Assembly (NCBI GenBank): GCA_963799485.1
Contig: CAWCXJ010000013.1
Span: 128,001 to 192,000 of the forward strand
Length of the DNA: 64,000 nt
Direction of reading: 5' to 3'
Source: an uncultured Trueperaceae bacterium
GTDB taxonomy: Bacteria > Deinococcota > Deinococci > Deinococcales > Trueperaceae
The notes under the pieces were generated by a model. It worked only from the letters and a program-made list of their open reading frames with translations, searched no databases and was not told the origin of the DNA. A program made the position numbers and the translations under genes. Position 1 is the first letter of the stretch. Every line of letters begins with the position of its first letter. Shown piece after piece: positions 29,211 through 37,993 of this stretch.

Positions 29211-29702
29211 ATGACTAAAAACGTATCGCAGGAGATCGCCGGCGAACTCGGTTTTGGGGTCGTGCCCAATATGTTCGCTGCCGCCGATGGTAACCCGGAG
29301 GTGCAAGCTGCCCTTTGGAGCGCGTTTCGTCACATCGTGTTGCGCGGCGAGCTGCCCCGGACAATTAAAGAGATGATGGGCGTTATCGTTTCAAAAGAAG
29401 CGGGTAGCAGCTACGCGGCGGAGGTTCATCTGCACGCCTTGACGTTGCAGGGGGTTGAAGAACCGATTCTGGAGGCGCTTAAACGCGGTGAAACGCCGAG
29501 CGGTGTCCCGCAAAAAACACTTGCGCTCCTGCGTTTCGCGTATTCGGCGGCGCGCCGTCCCTACGACCCGGAGCAAACCGAGCTTTTGGGGGGTGTCGAC
29601 CTGAGTGAGGCCGAGCAGCGCGAGGCGGTTGCAACTGTTGCGCTTTTTCGGATGATCAACACCTGGACGGACTTGCTGGCGATTCCGCTCGACGAGCTTT
29701 AG
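29211..29702 (+). CDS. Carboxymuconolactone decarboxylase/AhpD-like protein lacking the CxxC motif
   Basis: ELGFGVVPNMF, LPRTIKEM, SSYAAEVH at the usual CxYC...H position; no Cys in the protein. Confidence 0.8.
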   Translation: MTKNVSQEIAGELGFGVVPNMFAAADGNPEVQAALWSAFRHIVLRGELPRTIKEMMGVIVSKEAGSSYAAEVHLHALTLQGVEEPILEALKRGETPSGVPQKTLALLRFAYSAARRPYDPEQTELLGGVDLSEAEQREAVATVALFRMINTWTDLLAIPLDEL

Positions 29703-29752
29703 CCCGCTTGCACGCAGGGGCGGTGCCGAACTCGCGCCGGGTGGAATCGTAA

Positions 29753-31117
29753 GTGGCGACGGTCAGCGAAAAGACGGCTAGACTGGAGAAGATGTCGGAC
29801 TGGATTATCCTTTCGAACCGGCTTTTGCTCTTGCAAGAGATCATGGTGGGGCTGGGCGGTTTGCCGCCTGCCGAGGTCATTCAGCGTTCGGCGGAGGGTG
29901 TGACCTGGGTGTTCGACGGCGGCGCGCTGCACACGCTGAAACCGGCGGAGGTGTCGCCACTCCCACTCGTGTCGCGGGGGCGCGGTCGTATCGACGGCCT
30001 CGGCGAGGTTTATCTGGCTTACTTCGAGGGGCCGCCGGAACCGCGTTATCTGGCGCTTTCGGGGGTGGCCTTGGTCGACCCCCAAGAGTTCAGGCTGGCG
30101 GCGCTTTATTTCGAACACCTGTTGGCGGCGCTGACGGCGGCGGGCTACCGCGAGGAGTTGGCGCGCCAAGCGCGCACGGACTGGCTTACCGGGCTCGCCA
30201 ACCGGCGCTCACTGGCCCGGTACTTGCCGCAAAAGCCGCAAGCCGACGCGTCGGTGGGCGTGCTCGAGGCCCATCCTGAAACAGCCCATACTCAAGCCGA
30301 GTACGATGTGTTTCTCAAAGGCCTGGCCGAGACCGTCCGGCGCACCCTGCCCGAAGCGGGGTACGCCTTTCGTATCGGGGCGTTTCGCATCGCGCTGCTG
30401 CTGCCTACAGCGGCAGTCGCGGCCTTTGAAAAGGCGTTGCTGGCCGCTGAGCCCGGCGCAGTCGTCGCCTGGGTAGCGCAGCCTGAGCTAGGCAGTGCTG
30501 CGGTTGCCGAGCTGTTCGAGGCGGCGCAGATACGCCTCGAGTCCCGGTTGGCGGCCCGGCTAAAAGCCTCCGGAACCACCGGGCCGCTCGGCGTGCGCGT
30601 TCACAGCGGCCTCGAGCAGGTCAGGCGCGCGGTGCAAGAGCGCCTCCGCAGCCTGCCCGGAACTTTTCCTTTGGGCGATGAAGTCGAGCTGGTTTTCGAT
30701 ACGCCGCCGGGGTTTGCGCTCGAGGCGCTGACCCACAACCTAAAACTGCGCCGCACGCATACGCTGGTCGTAACGAGCAGCACCTCGCAACCTTACCTGC
30801 GCGACCTGCTGGAAGAAAAACCCCAGGGGCTTATCGTCGGCTCACCCGACGATAAAACGTTGGCAGCGGCTTTAGAACGCCTCACGGACGGCGCATTTTA
30901 CGACGGGCCCGCTGTCGAGGACGACGAACTCTACCCCCGCGAACGCGAAGTCTGGCGGCTGGTCGTGCGCGGGATGACCAACGCGCAGATCGCTGAAACC
31001 CTCAAAATCCGGGAAAAAACGGTCTCCAACTACGTGACCAACTTGCAAGACAAACTTTTTCTGCGTAACCGCGTCGAACTGGTGCTCTACTATTTGGGAA
31101 AGCTCGAGCGTCCCTAG
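29753..31117 (+). CDS. Fusion regulator: N-terminal GAF-like region, degenerate GGDEF, atypical REC, LuxR HTH
   Basis: ARTDWLTGLANRR; FRIGAFRIALLL where GGDEF is expected; VFDTP and VVTS in a REC-like segment; LYPREREV...GMTNAQIAETLKIREKTVSNYVTNLQDKL. Confidence 0.82.
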   Translation: MATVSEKTARLEKMSDWIILSNRLLLLQEIMVGLGGLPPAEVIQRSAEGVTWVFDGGALHTLKPAEVSPLPLVSRGRGRIDGLGEVYLAYFEGPPEPRYLALSGVALVDPQEFRLAALYFEHLLAALTAAGYREELARQARTDWLTGLANRRSLARYLPQKPQADASVGVLEAHPETAHTQAEYDVFLKGLAETVRRTLPEAGYAFRIGAFRIALLLPTAAVAAFEKALLAAEPGAVVAWVAQPELGSAAVAELFEAAQIRLESRLAARLKASGTTGPLGVRVHSGLEQVRRAVQERLRSLPGTFPLGDEVELVFDTPPGFALEALTHNLKLRRTHTLVVTSSTSQPYLRDLLEEKPQGLIVGSPDDKTLAAALERLTDGAFYDGPAVEDDELYPREREVWRLVVRGMTNAQIAETLKIREKTVSNYVTNLQDKLFLRNRVELVLYYLGKLERP

Positions 31118-31200
31118 AGTTGTGTTTGAGGGACAATGTGCGGGAAAAAGTCCTGAACCGACCCGGGAAATTTGCCCTATAGGTTTGGCGGTGCGGCTCC

Positions 31201-31284
31201 TATACTTTGTCTAAGAGGTAGCACCCAAGGCAGCGTGAAAGCACCCCCGGCACGAGCGATTGCCAGGGGTGCTGCCTCAGTTTT
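31201..31284 (+). ncRNA. Candidate small structured RNA, leader or terminator
   Basis: TATACT at 31201; GAGGTAGCACCC (31215-26) complementary to GGGTGCTGCCTC (31267-78); internal hairpin; followed by AGTTTT. Confidence 0.35.
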
Positions 31285-31376
31285 GCCGGTTGGTTCAAGT
31301 AGCGTCCGCCTTACTTGCTTATCTACTTACAACGGTTTGGCTACAACCTCCGTGCAAATAGTCCGTACAATAGGCC

Positions 31377-32024
31377 ATGCCGCAAAAAGACGATTTTCTA
31401 AGCCGCTTGCAGGCACAGCTCAACGAGACGCTGGAGCGCGCTCGTGAGTTCAGCGCTGAAGGCCGCTCAGGCGAGGCGCTCACGGTCGTGCGGGCGGCGC
31501 AGCGAAATATTCTGGGGCTCGAGCCCGTCCTCCTAAACCGACTTTCCAGCGCCGACCTGCTCAGCCTCCTGGGCTCCGGCGGCGTTCCCGACACCGAGCG
31601 GACGCTGGGCGCTGCCGAACTCCTCAGCGCCGAGTTTGAGGTGCTTACGCTGCAGGGTGAGGCCGACCCCGCGCAGGCGCAAAAAGCGCTCGAGCTTTAC
31701 CTCACCGTGCTGGTCGCGGAGCCGGGCTTTACACCCTTTTATATAGCGCGCCTGGACACCCTGACCCGAAATCTGGATTACCCCGCGCTGTCTCATGTGT
31801 ATCCCGCCCTGACCGAGGTTTACCGTGCCGCTGGACGTTTCGCCGAGGCGGAGAACTGGCTCTACCGCTGGCGGGAGTTTGCGCCCGACGCCGCGCAGGG
31901 ATGGGCCGAAGCGTTTTACCGCGAGTTGTTAAGGCTCCCCGATGAGGTGCTGGCAGCGGGTGGGTTGCCCAGAGACGAGGTTGAAGAAGGTCTGGCTGAC
32001 GTGACGCGCCGGGTTTCTACATGA
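31377..32024 (+). CDS. Hypothetical helical protein (DUF6483-like)
   Basis: GRFAEAENWLY and FYRELLRLPDEVLAAGGLPRDEVEEGL; ATGA overlap with the next gene. Confidence 0.7.
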   Translation: MPQKDDFLSRLQAQLNETLERAREFSAEGRSGEALTVVRAAQRNILGLEPVLLNRLSSADLLSLLGSGGVPDTERTLGAAELLSAEFEVLTLQGEADPAQAQKALELYLTVLVAEPGFTPFYIARLDTLTRNLDYPALSHVYPALTEVYRAAGRFAEAENWLYRWREFAPDAAQGWAEAFYRELLRLPDEVLAAGGLPRDEVEEGLADVTRRVST

Positions 32025-33226
32025 ACCACACGAGCAACCGTTTCGCCTCGCGGCGTGCCCAGAAGATGCCCGAAAGCGTGTTCGACACCTTTGACCGGGC
32101 GAAGGCGCGGGCGCGGCGTGCGGGCCGGGAGATCATCGACCTGTCGATCGGCTCGTCGGACGTTGCGCCGCCTGAGGTCGCACTCGCCGCGCTCCGGGAC
32201 GCGACCTACCGGCCTGAAACTTACGGTTACTGCCTCTTTAGCGGCACCGAACCCTTGCGGCGGGCGGTCGCGCGCTGGACGGCGCGGCGCTTTCTCTGGA
32301 CACCCGACCCCGACACGCAAGTCGTGCCGCTGATCGGTTCGCAGGAGGGTTTGGCCAACCTGCTCCTGGCGACGACCGACCCCGGCGACGTGATCCTCGC
32401 CCCCGACCCCGGTTATCCGTCGTACTACGGGGCGATGATGCTGGCGGGGCTCGAGCTTCACCGGCTGCCGCTCTTGGAGGAAAACGCTTACCTCCCTGAC
32501 CTAAATGCGGTACCGACCGAAACCGCCCGGCGCGCCAAAGTCATGATTTTGTCGTATCCAAACAACCCGACGGCGGCGACTGCGCCCGAAGCATTTTTAC
32601 GGGACGCGGTGGCGTTTTGCTTAAAACACAAAGTTTTGCTCGTTCACGATTTTCCCTACGCCGAGATGGTTTACGACGACTACTGCGCACCCTCTGTACT
32701 GACGCACCCCGGCGCGCTGGACACTGCCGTCGAACTTTGCAGCGCCTCGAAGAGTTTTCACATGGGCGGCTTTCGGATCGGTTGGGCGGTCGGCAACGCG
32801 GACGCGCTCGCGGCGCTTGCCAAGGTCAAGGGGGCAGTGGACTTTAACCAGTACCTGGGGATTCAGGCGGCGGTAGTGGCAGCTCTGGAACACGCCGAGG
32901 CGGAGGTGCGGCAGGCTGCCAAGACCTTTCAAACCCGCCGCGACGCCCTCGTCGAGACGCTAAACGCCGCAGGTTGGCCCACCCCGCTCCCGCAAGCGAG
33001 CATGTACGTCTGGACGCGGTTGCCGCGCGGTTACACGGATTCGTTCTCTTTCGCCCTCACTTTGACTGAAAAGACCGGCGTGTGTCTGGCACCGGGGCGC
33101 GCTTTTGGCGAACAGGGTGAAGGCTACGTGCGGTTTGCATTGGTGCGGGAGCCGGAGGTGCTGGCGCGGGCGGCGGCGCAGATTCAGGCGTTTTGTGCGG
33201 CGGACACTCGACAGTCGAACGCTTAG
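32021..33226 (+). CDS. Class I/II PLP aminotransferase (DapL/AlaC/MtnE-like)
   Basis: IDLSIG, GSQEGL, PDPGYP, SYPNNPT, HDFPY, SASKSFHMGGFRIG, GYVRFAL. Confidence 0.92.
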   Translation: MNHTSNRFASRRAQKMPESVFDTFDRAKARARRAGREIIDLSIGSSDVAPPEVALAALRDATYRPETYGYCLFSGTEPLRRAVARWTARRFLWTPDPDTQVVPLIGSQEGLANLLLATTDPGDVILAPDPGYPSYYGAMMLAGLELHRLPLLEENAYLPDLNAVPTETARRAKVMILSYPNNPTAATAPEAFLRDAVAFCLKHKVLLVHDFPYAEMVYDDYCAPSVLTHPGALDTAVELCSASKSFHMGGFRIGWAVGNADALAALAKVKGAVDFNQYLGIQAAVVAALEHAEAEVRQAAKTFQTRRDALVETLNAAGWPTPLPQASMYVWTRLPRGYTDSFSFALTLTEKTGVCLAPGRAFGEQGEGYVRFALVREPEVLARAAAQIQAFCAADTRQSNA

Positions 33227-33546
33227 GGGTGTTTTTGGCCTCGCCGCAACACTAAAAGCCCTCGAGAGTTAATCGAAAAGCGCGCGCCCGGCCCCGGTCA
33301 CGAACTACCGGTATACGTCGCCGTAAAACCAAACCTGTAACTTGCCGCCGTGAGGTATGGGCCGCAAGACACAGGCCGTGAAATACATAGCGAAGTCGGC
33401 GGTGAAACTGCGGGTTTCGAGATCGGTGTCGCCGGCGCAGAAACGTTTCTGCCGATAGTACGCCGTGCGGTTCTCCTTGAAGAGTCACCGAAGACGCTGT
33501 GAAGTGCCTCGGTCGACCTCGGCAGCTACACCTAAACACACTGCCG

Positions 33547-34968
33547 TTACAAGTTGTAGGCTCTTTTCGCTAACCCGTAGGCGAGTTCACGGGCCAGCTC
33601 AGCGGCTTCTTCCTCGCTCAAAAGCCCTTTTACGGTCTCTCCGGCCAACCAGTTGCAACTTACGCGCCGCCACACGTCGTGCCGCGCCGGGATGGAGGCG
33701 AACGCCCGGGTATCGTCGTTAAAGCCTGCCAGGTTATAGATACCGGCGGTTTCGACCACCGCGTCAAAGTAACGCTCCATCCCCCTCACCGAATCGAAAA
33801 ACCACCAGGGTGGCCCCAGCCGCAGCGCGGGGTAGTGTCCGGCAAGGGGCGCGAGTTCGCGGCTGTAACTGCTTTCGTCGAGGGTAAAGAGGATGAGGCG
33901 GTACCCGGGCGTGTCGCCGTAAGCGTTGAGGAGCGGTTGCAGGGCGCGTGTCCACTCGGTGCGGAGCGGAATATCCGCGCCTTTGTCGAGCCCAAAACGC
34001 TCAAAAATCTTTTGATTGTGGTTACGGAAGCTGCCCACATGGAGCTGCATCACGAGCCCATCGTCGCAGCTCATGCGGGCAAACTCCATCAGCATGTGCG
34101 CCGTAAAACGGGCGGTATCGTCGCCTTCGGCGCACCCTGCCAGCGCACGTTCAAACAGCGCCGCCGCCGCGCCCCCCGAGAGCCTTTCGGTGCGAGGGGT
34201 CGGCGCGGCGTGGTCGGTCGCCACCGCGCCAAGCGCCTTAAACGCCTCACGCCTTACCGTGAGCGCCGCAATAAAACTTTCGTAACCCGTTATCTCGAGG
34301 CCGCTCAGCTCTCCCAAAGTATCTATGTCATCTTTCCAACCCGCCGCCGTGAGGTTGAGGAGCGCGTCCGGGCGAAAGGTAGGGCGCACGTTCGTCCAAC
34401 CTTCGTCATGCAGCGAGCTGTGGGCCGCCAAAGGACTCGTCGCCGCGTCGGTGGTGCAGAGGACTTCGATATCAAACCGCTTGAAAAGGGCTCTCGGCGT
34501 AAACTCGGGTTGCGCCAGCTTGTCTGCCACGGCGTCGTAAACCGCGTCGGCGGTGTCGGCGCTCAGCGGCTTTTCGACGCCGAAAACCTCGAGCAGTTCG
34601 CTTTTAAGCCACAACCCGGTGGGGGTGCCGCGAAAGAGGTAAAAATGTTCGGCAAAACGCTTCCAGATAGCGCGGTGATCGGTTTCGACCGGCGTACCGT
34701 CCAAGGTAGGGACGCCGAGCTGCTCGAGCGCTACCCCCTGGCTGTAGAGCATCCGGGTCACGTAGTGGTCGGGGATGACGAACAGTTCGGCGGGCGACCC
34801 GAAGCGGGCGTCCGGGTCGGCGAGCAGTTCGGGTGGCACGTGTCCGTGAGGGCAAACCAGCGGCAGCGCACGCACCTCGTCGTAAAGGCTCCCGGCGAGC
34901 TTGCGCTGCGCCGGTTCCGGTGAAAAGCAGCGCTCAGGTGAAAGTTGCGTGGTTTTAGGTGGGGTCAT
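33547..34968 (-). CDS. uxaC: Uronate (glucuronate/galacturonate) isomerase
   Basis: CPHGH, PDHYVTRM, CTTD, TFRPD, QLH, GPPWWFFDS, GFNDDTRAF, RHD. Confidence 0.95.
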   Translation of the reverse strand: MTPPKTTQLSPERCFSPEPAQRKLAGSLYDEVRALPLVCPHGHVPPELLADPDARFGSPAELFVIPDHYVTRMLYSQGVALEQLGVPTLDGTPVETDHRAIWKRFAEHFYLFRGTPTGLWLKSELLEVFGVEKPLSADTADAVYDAVADKLAQPEFTPRALFKRFDIEVLCTTDAATSPLAAHSSLHDEGWTNVRPTFRPDALLNLTAAGWKDDIDTLGELSGLEITGYESFIAALTVRREAFKALGAVATDHAAPTPRTERLSGGAAAALFERALAGCAEGDDTARFTAHMLMEFARMSCDDGLVMQLHVGSFRNHNQKIFERFGLDKGADIPLRTEWTRALQPLLNAYGDTPGYRLILFTLDESSYSRELAPLAGHYPALRLGPPWWFFDSVRGMERYFDAVVETAGIYNLAGFNDDTRAFASIPARHDVWRRVSCNWLAGETVKGLLSEEEAAELARELAYGLAKRAYNL

Positions 34969-35465
34969 CGCGTCTCCTGTTCCAAATGCTTGACGATCTG
35001 CTCACTCAGCGCGGCGACGCTGTGCCGGATATCGAGGACAAGCACATCCGCGCCGGTGGGTTCCTCGAGCGCCGCGAGCTGACTGGCAAGCATCCCGGGT
35101 TTCATATAGTGAGCGCCACGGGACTCGAGCCGCGGCAAGATGTCCTCGGCGCGGCCTTTTAGATAGACGAAATAGACGCCTTCACGCCGCAGCACGCTGC
35201 GGTAACGCGACCTCAGCGCGGAGCCGGCGAGGATCAGCGAGTTACCGGCTTCGAGACTGCTGTCGATGAGCTCCCGCAAACGTTTAAGCCACGGTTCGCG
35301 GTCGCAGTCGTCCAGCGGAACACCAGCGGACATCTTGGCGACGTTTTCAGGCGGATGATAGTCGTCGCCGTCGGCAAACGTCCACCCTGTTCGGGCGGCG
35401 AGCGCCTGACCGACGGTGGTTTTGCCCGACCCGGCGACGCCCATCAAAATCACGACCTGCGCCAT
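34965..35465 (-). CDS. gntK: Gluconokinase
   Basis: MGVAGSGKTTVG, DGDDYHP, KMSAGVPLDDCDREPWL, SALRSRYR, SQLAALEEP; start at ATG35465. Confidence 0.93.
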   Translation of the reverse strand: MAQVVILMGVAGSGKTTVGQALAARTGWTFADGDDYHPPENVAKMSAGVPLDDCDREPWLKRLRELIDSSLEAGNSLILAGSALRSRYRSVLRREGVYFVYLKGRAEDILPRLESRGAHYMKPGMLASQLAALEEPTGADVLVLDIRHSVAALSEQIVKHLEQETR

Positions 35466-35896
35466 TACGCGCCCTTCCGAGGCCAGTGGACACAGCGCGC
35501 GATTTCGGGAAAAAGCACCAAGTCGGCGCGCCCTTTTAAGACGAGGGTGGTGACGTGTGCGCCCATTAGCTACCGGCGGGCCGCTGCGAGCGTCTTCCCG
35601 GTGACGCACACGTCGTCAACCAGCAAAACCCGTTTGCCGCGCAGCGTGGGCAGCTCGAGCGGACTCAAAAGCTCGGGTTCGGGGCGTTGCAGGCGGTTGT
35701 CCTCGGCGCGGTAGTTTAGCTGCAAGGTGTAAAGCGGCGTCTGAAGTTTGCAGGCCAAAAGCGCAGCCGGGACGCTGCCGCCTGTAGCCACGCCGATGAC
35801 GAGGTCTGTTTCCGGCAAGATAGCAGCATCCAAGCGGGCACGGATTTCGGGGAACTCGAGCCCCACCTTGGCCTGCTCAGCTTCAAGCCGACTCAC
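35465..35896 (-). pseudogene. Type I phosphoribosyltransferase interrupted by an in-frame TAG
   Basis: GVATGGSVPA and PRPP loop VLLVDDVCVTGKT; TAG at 35570-72; the frame continues LMGAHVTTLVLKGRADLVLFPEIARCVHWPRKGA to a TAA overlapping the gntK ATG. Confidence 0.82.
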
Positions 35897-37160
35897 GAGC
35901 TGCCCGCCAAACGGTAGAGCATCTCACCCGCGTTTTCAACGAGCAAAAGCCCCTCGTCTTCACGGTTTACCCAGTTCTGCGGGTCGAGCTCGAGGGGGTC
36001 GCGGTACCCCAGGTTGATACGTTTACAGACCTCTTCGGGAATACCCGTCGCCAACGTTACGGCGATGCGGGGTTTTTCAGTTCCAGCTTCGAACGTCCCC
36101 GCGCCCCGGACATGCGTCGAATGTGCCAGCACCGTCCACGACAAATCCTTGAACGCTTCCCACTGCCCTAAAAAGTAGTCGCGCACGTGATAGCCGACCC
36201 GCTCGATCTCCGCGCCGTGCGTCACGCTCACGTCTTTTAGGTGCGGCGCGTAGATAATCACCTCACCCCCGTCGGCGACGACCGGCTCGGTCTTGTACAT
36301 GGCTTTGGCGGCTGTCCAGAGGTCGTCGTACTGCACCGAGGGCAGCGACAACACGCTTTTGAACGACTGCGGTTTGTAGATGATGTTGAGCTTCGCGGAC
36401 AGGTCGGCAGCCGCCTCCCACGCCGTTACAAAGTCGCCGATGAAAAGTCCGTGCAGGCTGCTTTTTTGCATCACCAGCTTAAGACAGACGACCGGTTTTT
36501 TGTCGGCGACGAAGCGCGCGCCGTAGTGCAGCACCCGCCGCACCGCCGTATCCTTGACGCCGATGGTTTCGTAGCTCGTGGCGAGCGCGCCTAACCAGTG
36601 GGTACTGTCGATGATCTCGCGCCCGGCGATGCCGGGGAAGAGGTACTTCGCACCCCCTGAAAAACCCGCGACCTCGTGGGGGAAAACCGGGCCGACGATA
36701 AGGAGCGCGTCGTAGTCGTGAATCATCCGGTTGAGAGCGATGGGCGTTTCGCGCGCGACCAGGCCGTCGGTCAGCTCCTGCATTGCTGCGCTCGAGATGA
36801 CCCCCACCGTCTGAAAATTCATCGGGTCGTCCCAGCGGTGGTTGTAGACCTCGCTTTTGGGATAGTGCGCCGCGCGCTCTGCCGGACCTGCGCCGACGAG
36901 TTTGGTAATCGCAGCTTCGGACATCGGCTGATGGGTGCCGAGCGCAATCAAATAGTCGAGCCGCGCCACCTGTTCGCCCAAAACGCCGTAGAGCAGGCGA
37001 AACATCAGCGGAATGGGCGCGCTGCGAGTCCCGTCCGGGATGATGACCAGCACGCGTTTGTCCTTTAGGTCGGCGTTAGAGAGTGCGGTCTCGAGCAGCC
37101 CCCTCACCTGGTCCTCGCTGAGCGTCTTTGTTTCACTACCGTAACCTGCCAAAAGCGCCA
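35893..37160 (-). CDS. LarA (lactate racemase) family protein, probable mannonate/gluconate 2-epimerase
   Basis: IPDGTRS, ALGTH, FPHEVAGFSGGAK, IIDSTH motifs; lies between uxuB and gntK. Confidence 0.85.
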
Positions 37161-37162
37161 TA

Positions 37163-37993
37163 TCAGACCCCGCTAAACGCCGAAAAGCCGCCGTCAACCG
37201 GCACGACGACGCCGGTCACAAACCTTGAAGCGTCCGACGCCAGCCAGACTACTGTGCCGACAAGCTCTTCAGGTTCACCGAAACGCCCGAGCGGCGTGTG
37301 GTCGATGATGGTCTGACCCCGCGCGGTCAGCGTGTCGTCGGCATTCAGCAGCAGGTCGCGGTTTTGCTCACCGATAAAAAACCCCGGTGCCACCGCGTTG
37401 ACGCGCACGCCCGGCCCGTGCTTTTGCGCCAGGTCGACGGCGAGCCAACGCGTGAGGTTGTCGACCGCTGCTTTAGCTGCGCCGTACCCGACCACGCGTG
37501 TGAGCGGTTGGGACGCCGCCATGGACGAAATATTGATAATCGAGGCGCGCCCCGCTGCCGCCATCGCCTCGCCAAAAACCTGGGTAGGCAAAACGGTGCC
37601 GAGCAGGTTGAGGTCGACAACCTGCCGCAGCGCGCCCTCAGGCAGGTCGAAAAAGCGGCGGTCGCCGACGGCTGTCGCTTCGGGGAGGTTGCCCCCGGCT
37701 CCGTTGACCAAGATGTCGAGCTGTCCCCACTCGCTCATCACCGTGTCCAGAGCCCTGACCAGCTGCGTTTTCTCGAGTACATCGGCAGGGAGCGCCAACG
37801 CTTCGCCGCCGGCGCTTCGTACCCGCTGGGCTACGGCCTCGGCTTTTTCGCCGCGCCTGCCCAAAATACCGACCTTCGCGCCCGCCGCCGCCAGTCCGTT
37901 TACAAGCGCTCCCCCCAACACGCCGGTACCCCCGGTGACAAGCGCGACCTTGCCGGTCAGGCCAAAAGGGTTCATGTATACAGACGAACTCAT
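37163..37993 (-). CDS. uxuB: SDR-type D-mannonate (fructuronate) oxidoreductase
   Basis: TGGTGVLG, NGAGGN, NISSM, PLTRVVGYGAAK, APGFF; gene context. Confidence 0.85.
   Translation of the reverse strand: MSSSVYMNPFGLTGKVALVTGGTGVLGGALVNGLAAAGAKVGILGRRGEKAEAVAQRVRSAGGEALALPADVLEKTQLVRALDTVMSEWGQLDILVNGAGGNLPEATAVGDRRFFDLPEGALRQVVDLNLLGTVLPTQVFGEAMAAAGRASIINISSMAASQPLTRVVGYGAAKAAVDNLTRWLAVDLAQKHGPGVRVNAVAPGFFIGEQNRDLLLNADDTLTARGQTIIDHTPLGRFGEPEELVGTVVWLASDASRFVTGVVVPVDGGFSAFSGV

Noticed and set aside
33250..33545. Protein-like minus-strand frame with internal stops (LFKENRTAYYRQKRF...WFYGDVYR*)
   Set aside because: It may be a gene remnant, but I cannot assign a family, so it is not called.
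33679..34923. 414-aa plus-strand ORF, and similar long antisense ORFs (37298-38048, 40856-41692)
   Set aside because: These are shadows of uxaC, uxuB and dctP caused by high-GC codon bias and carry no motifs.
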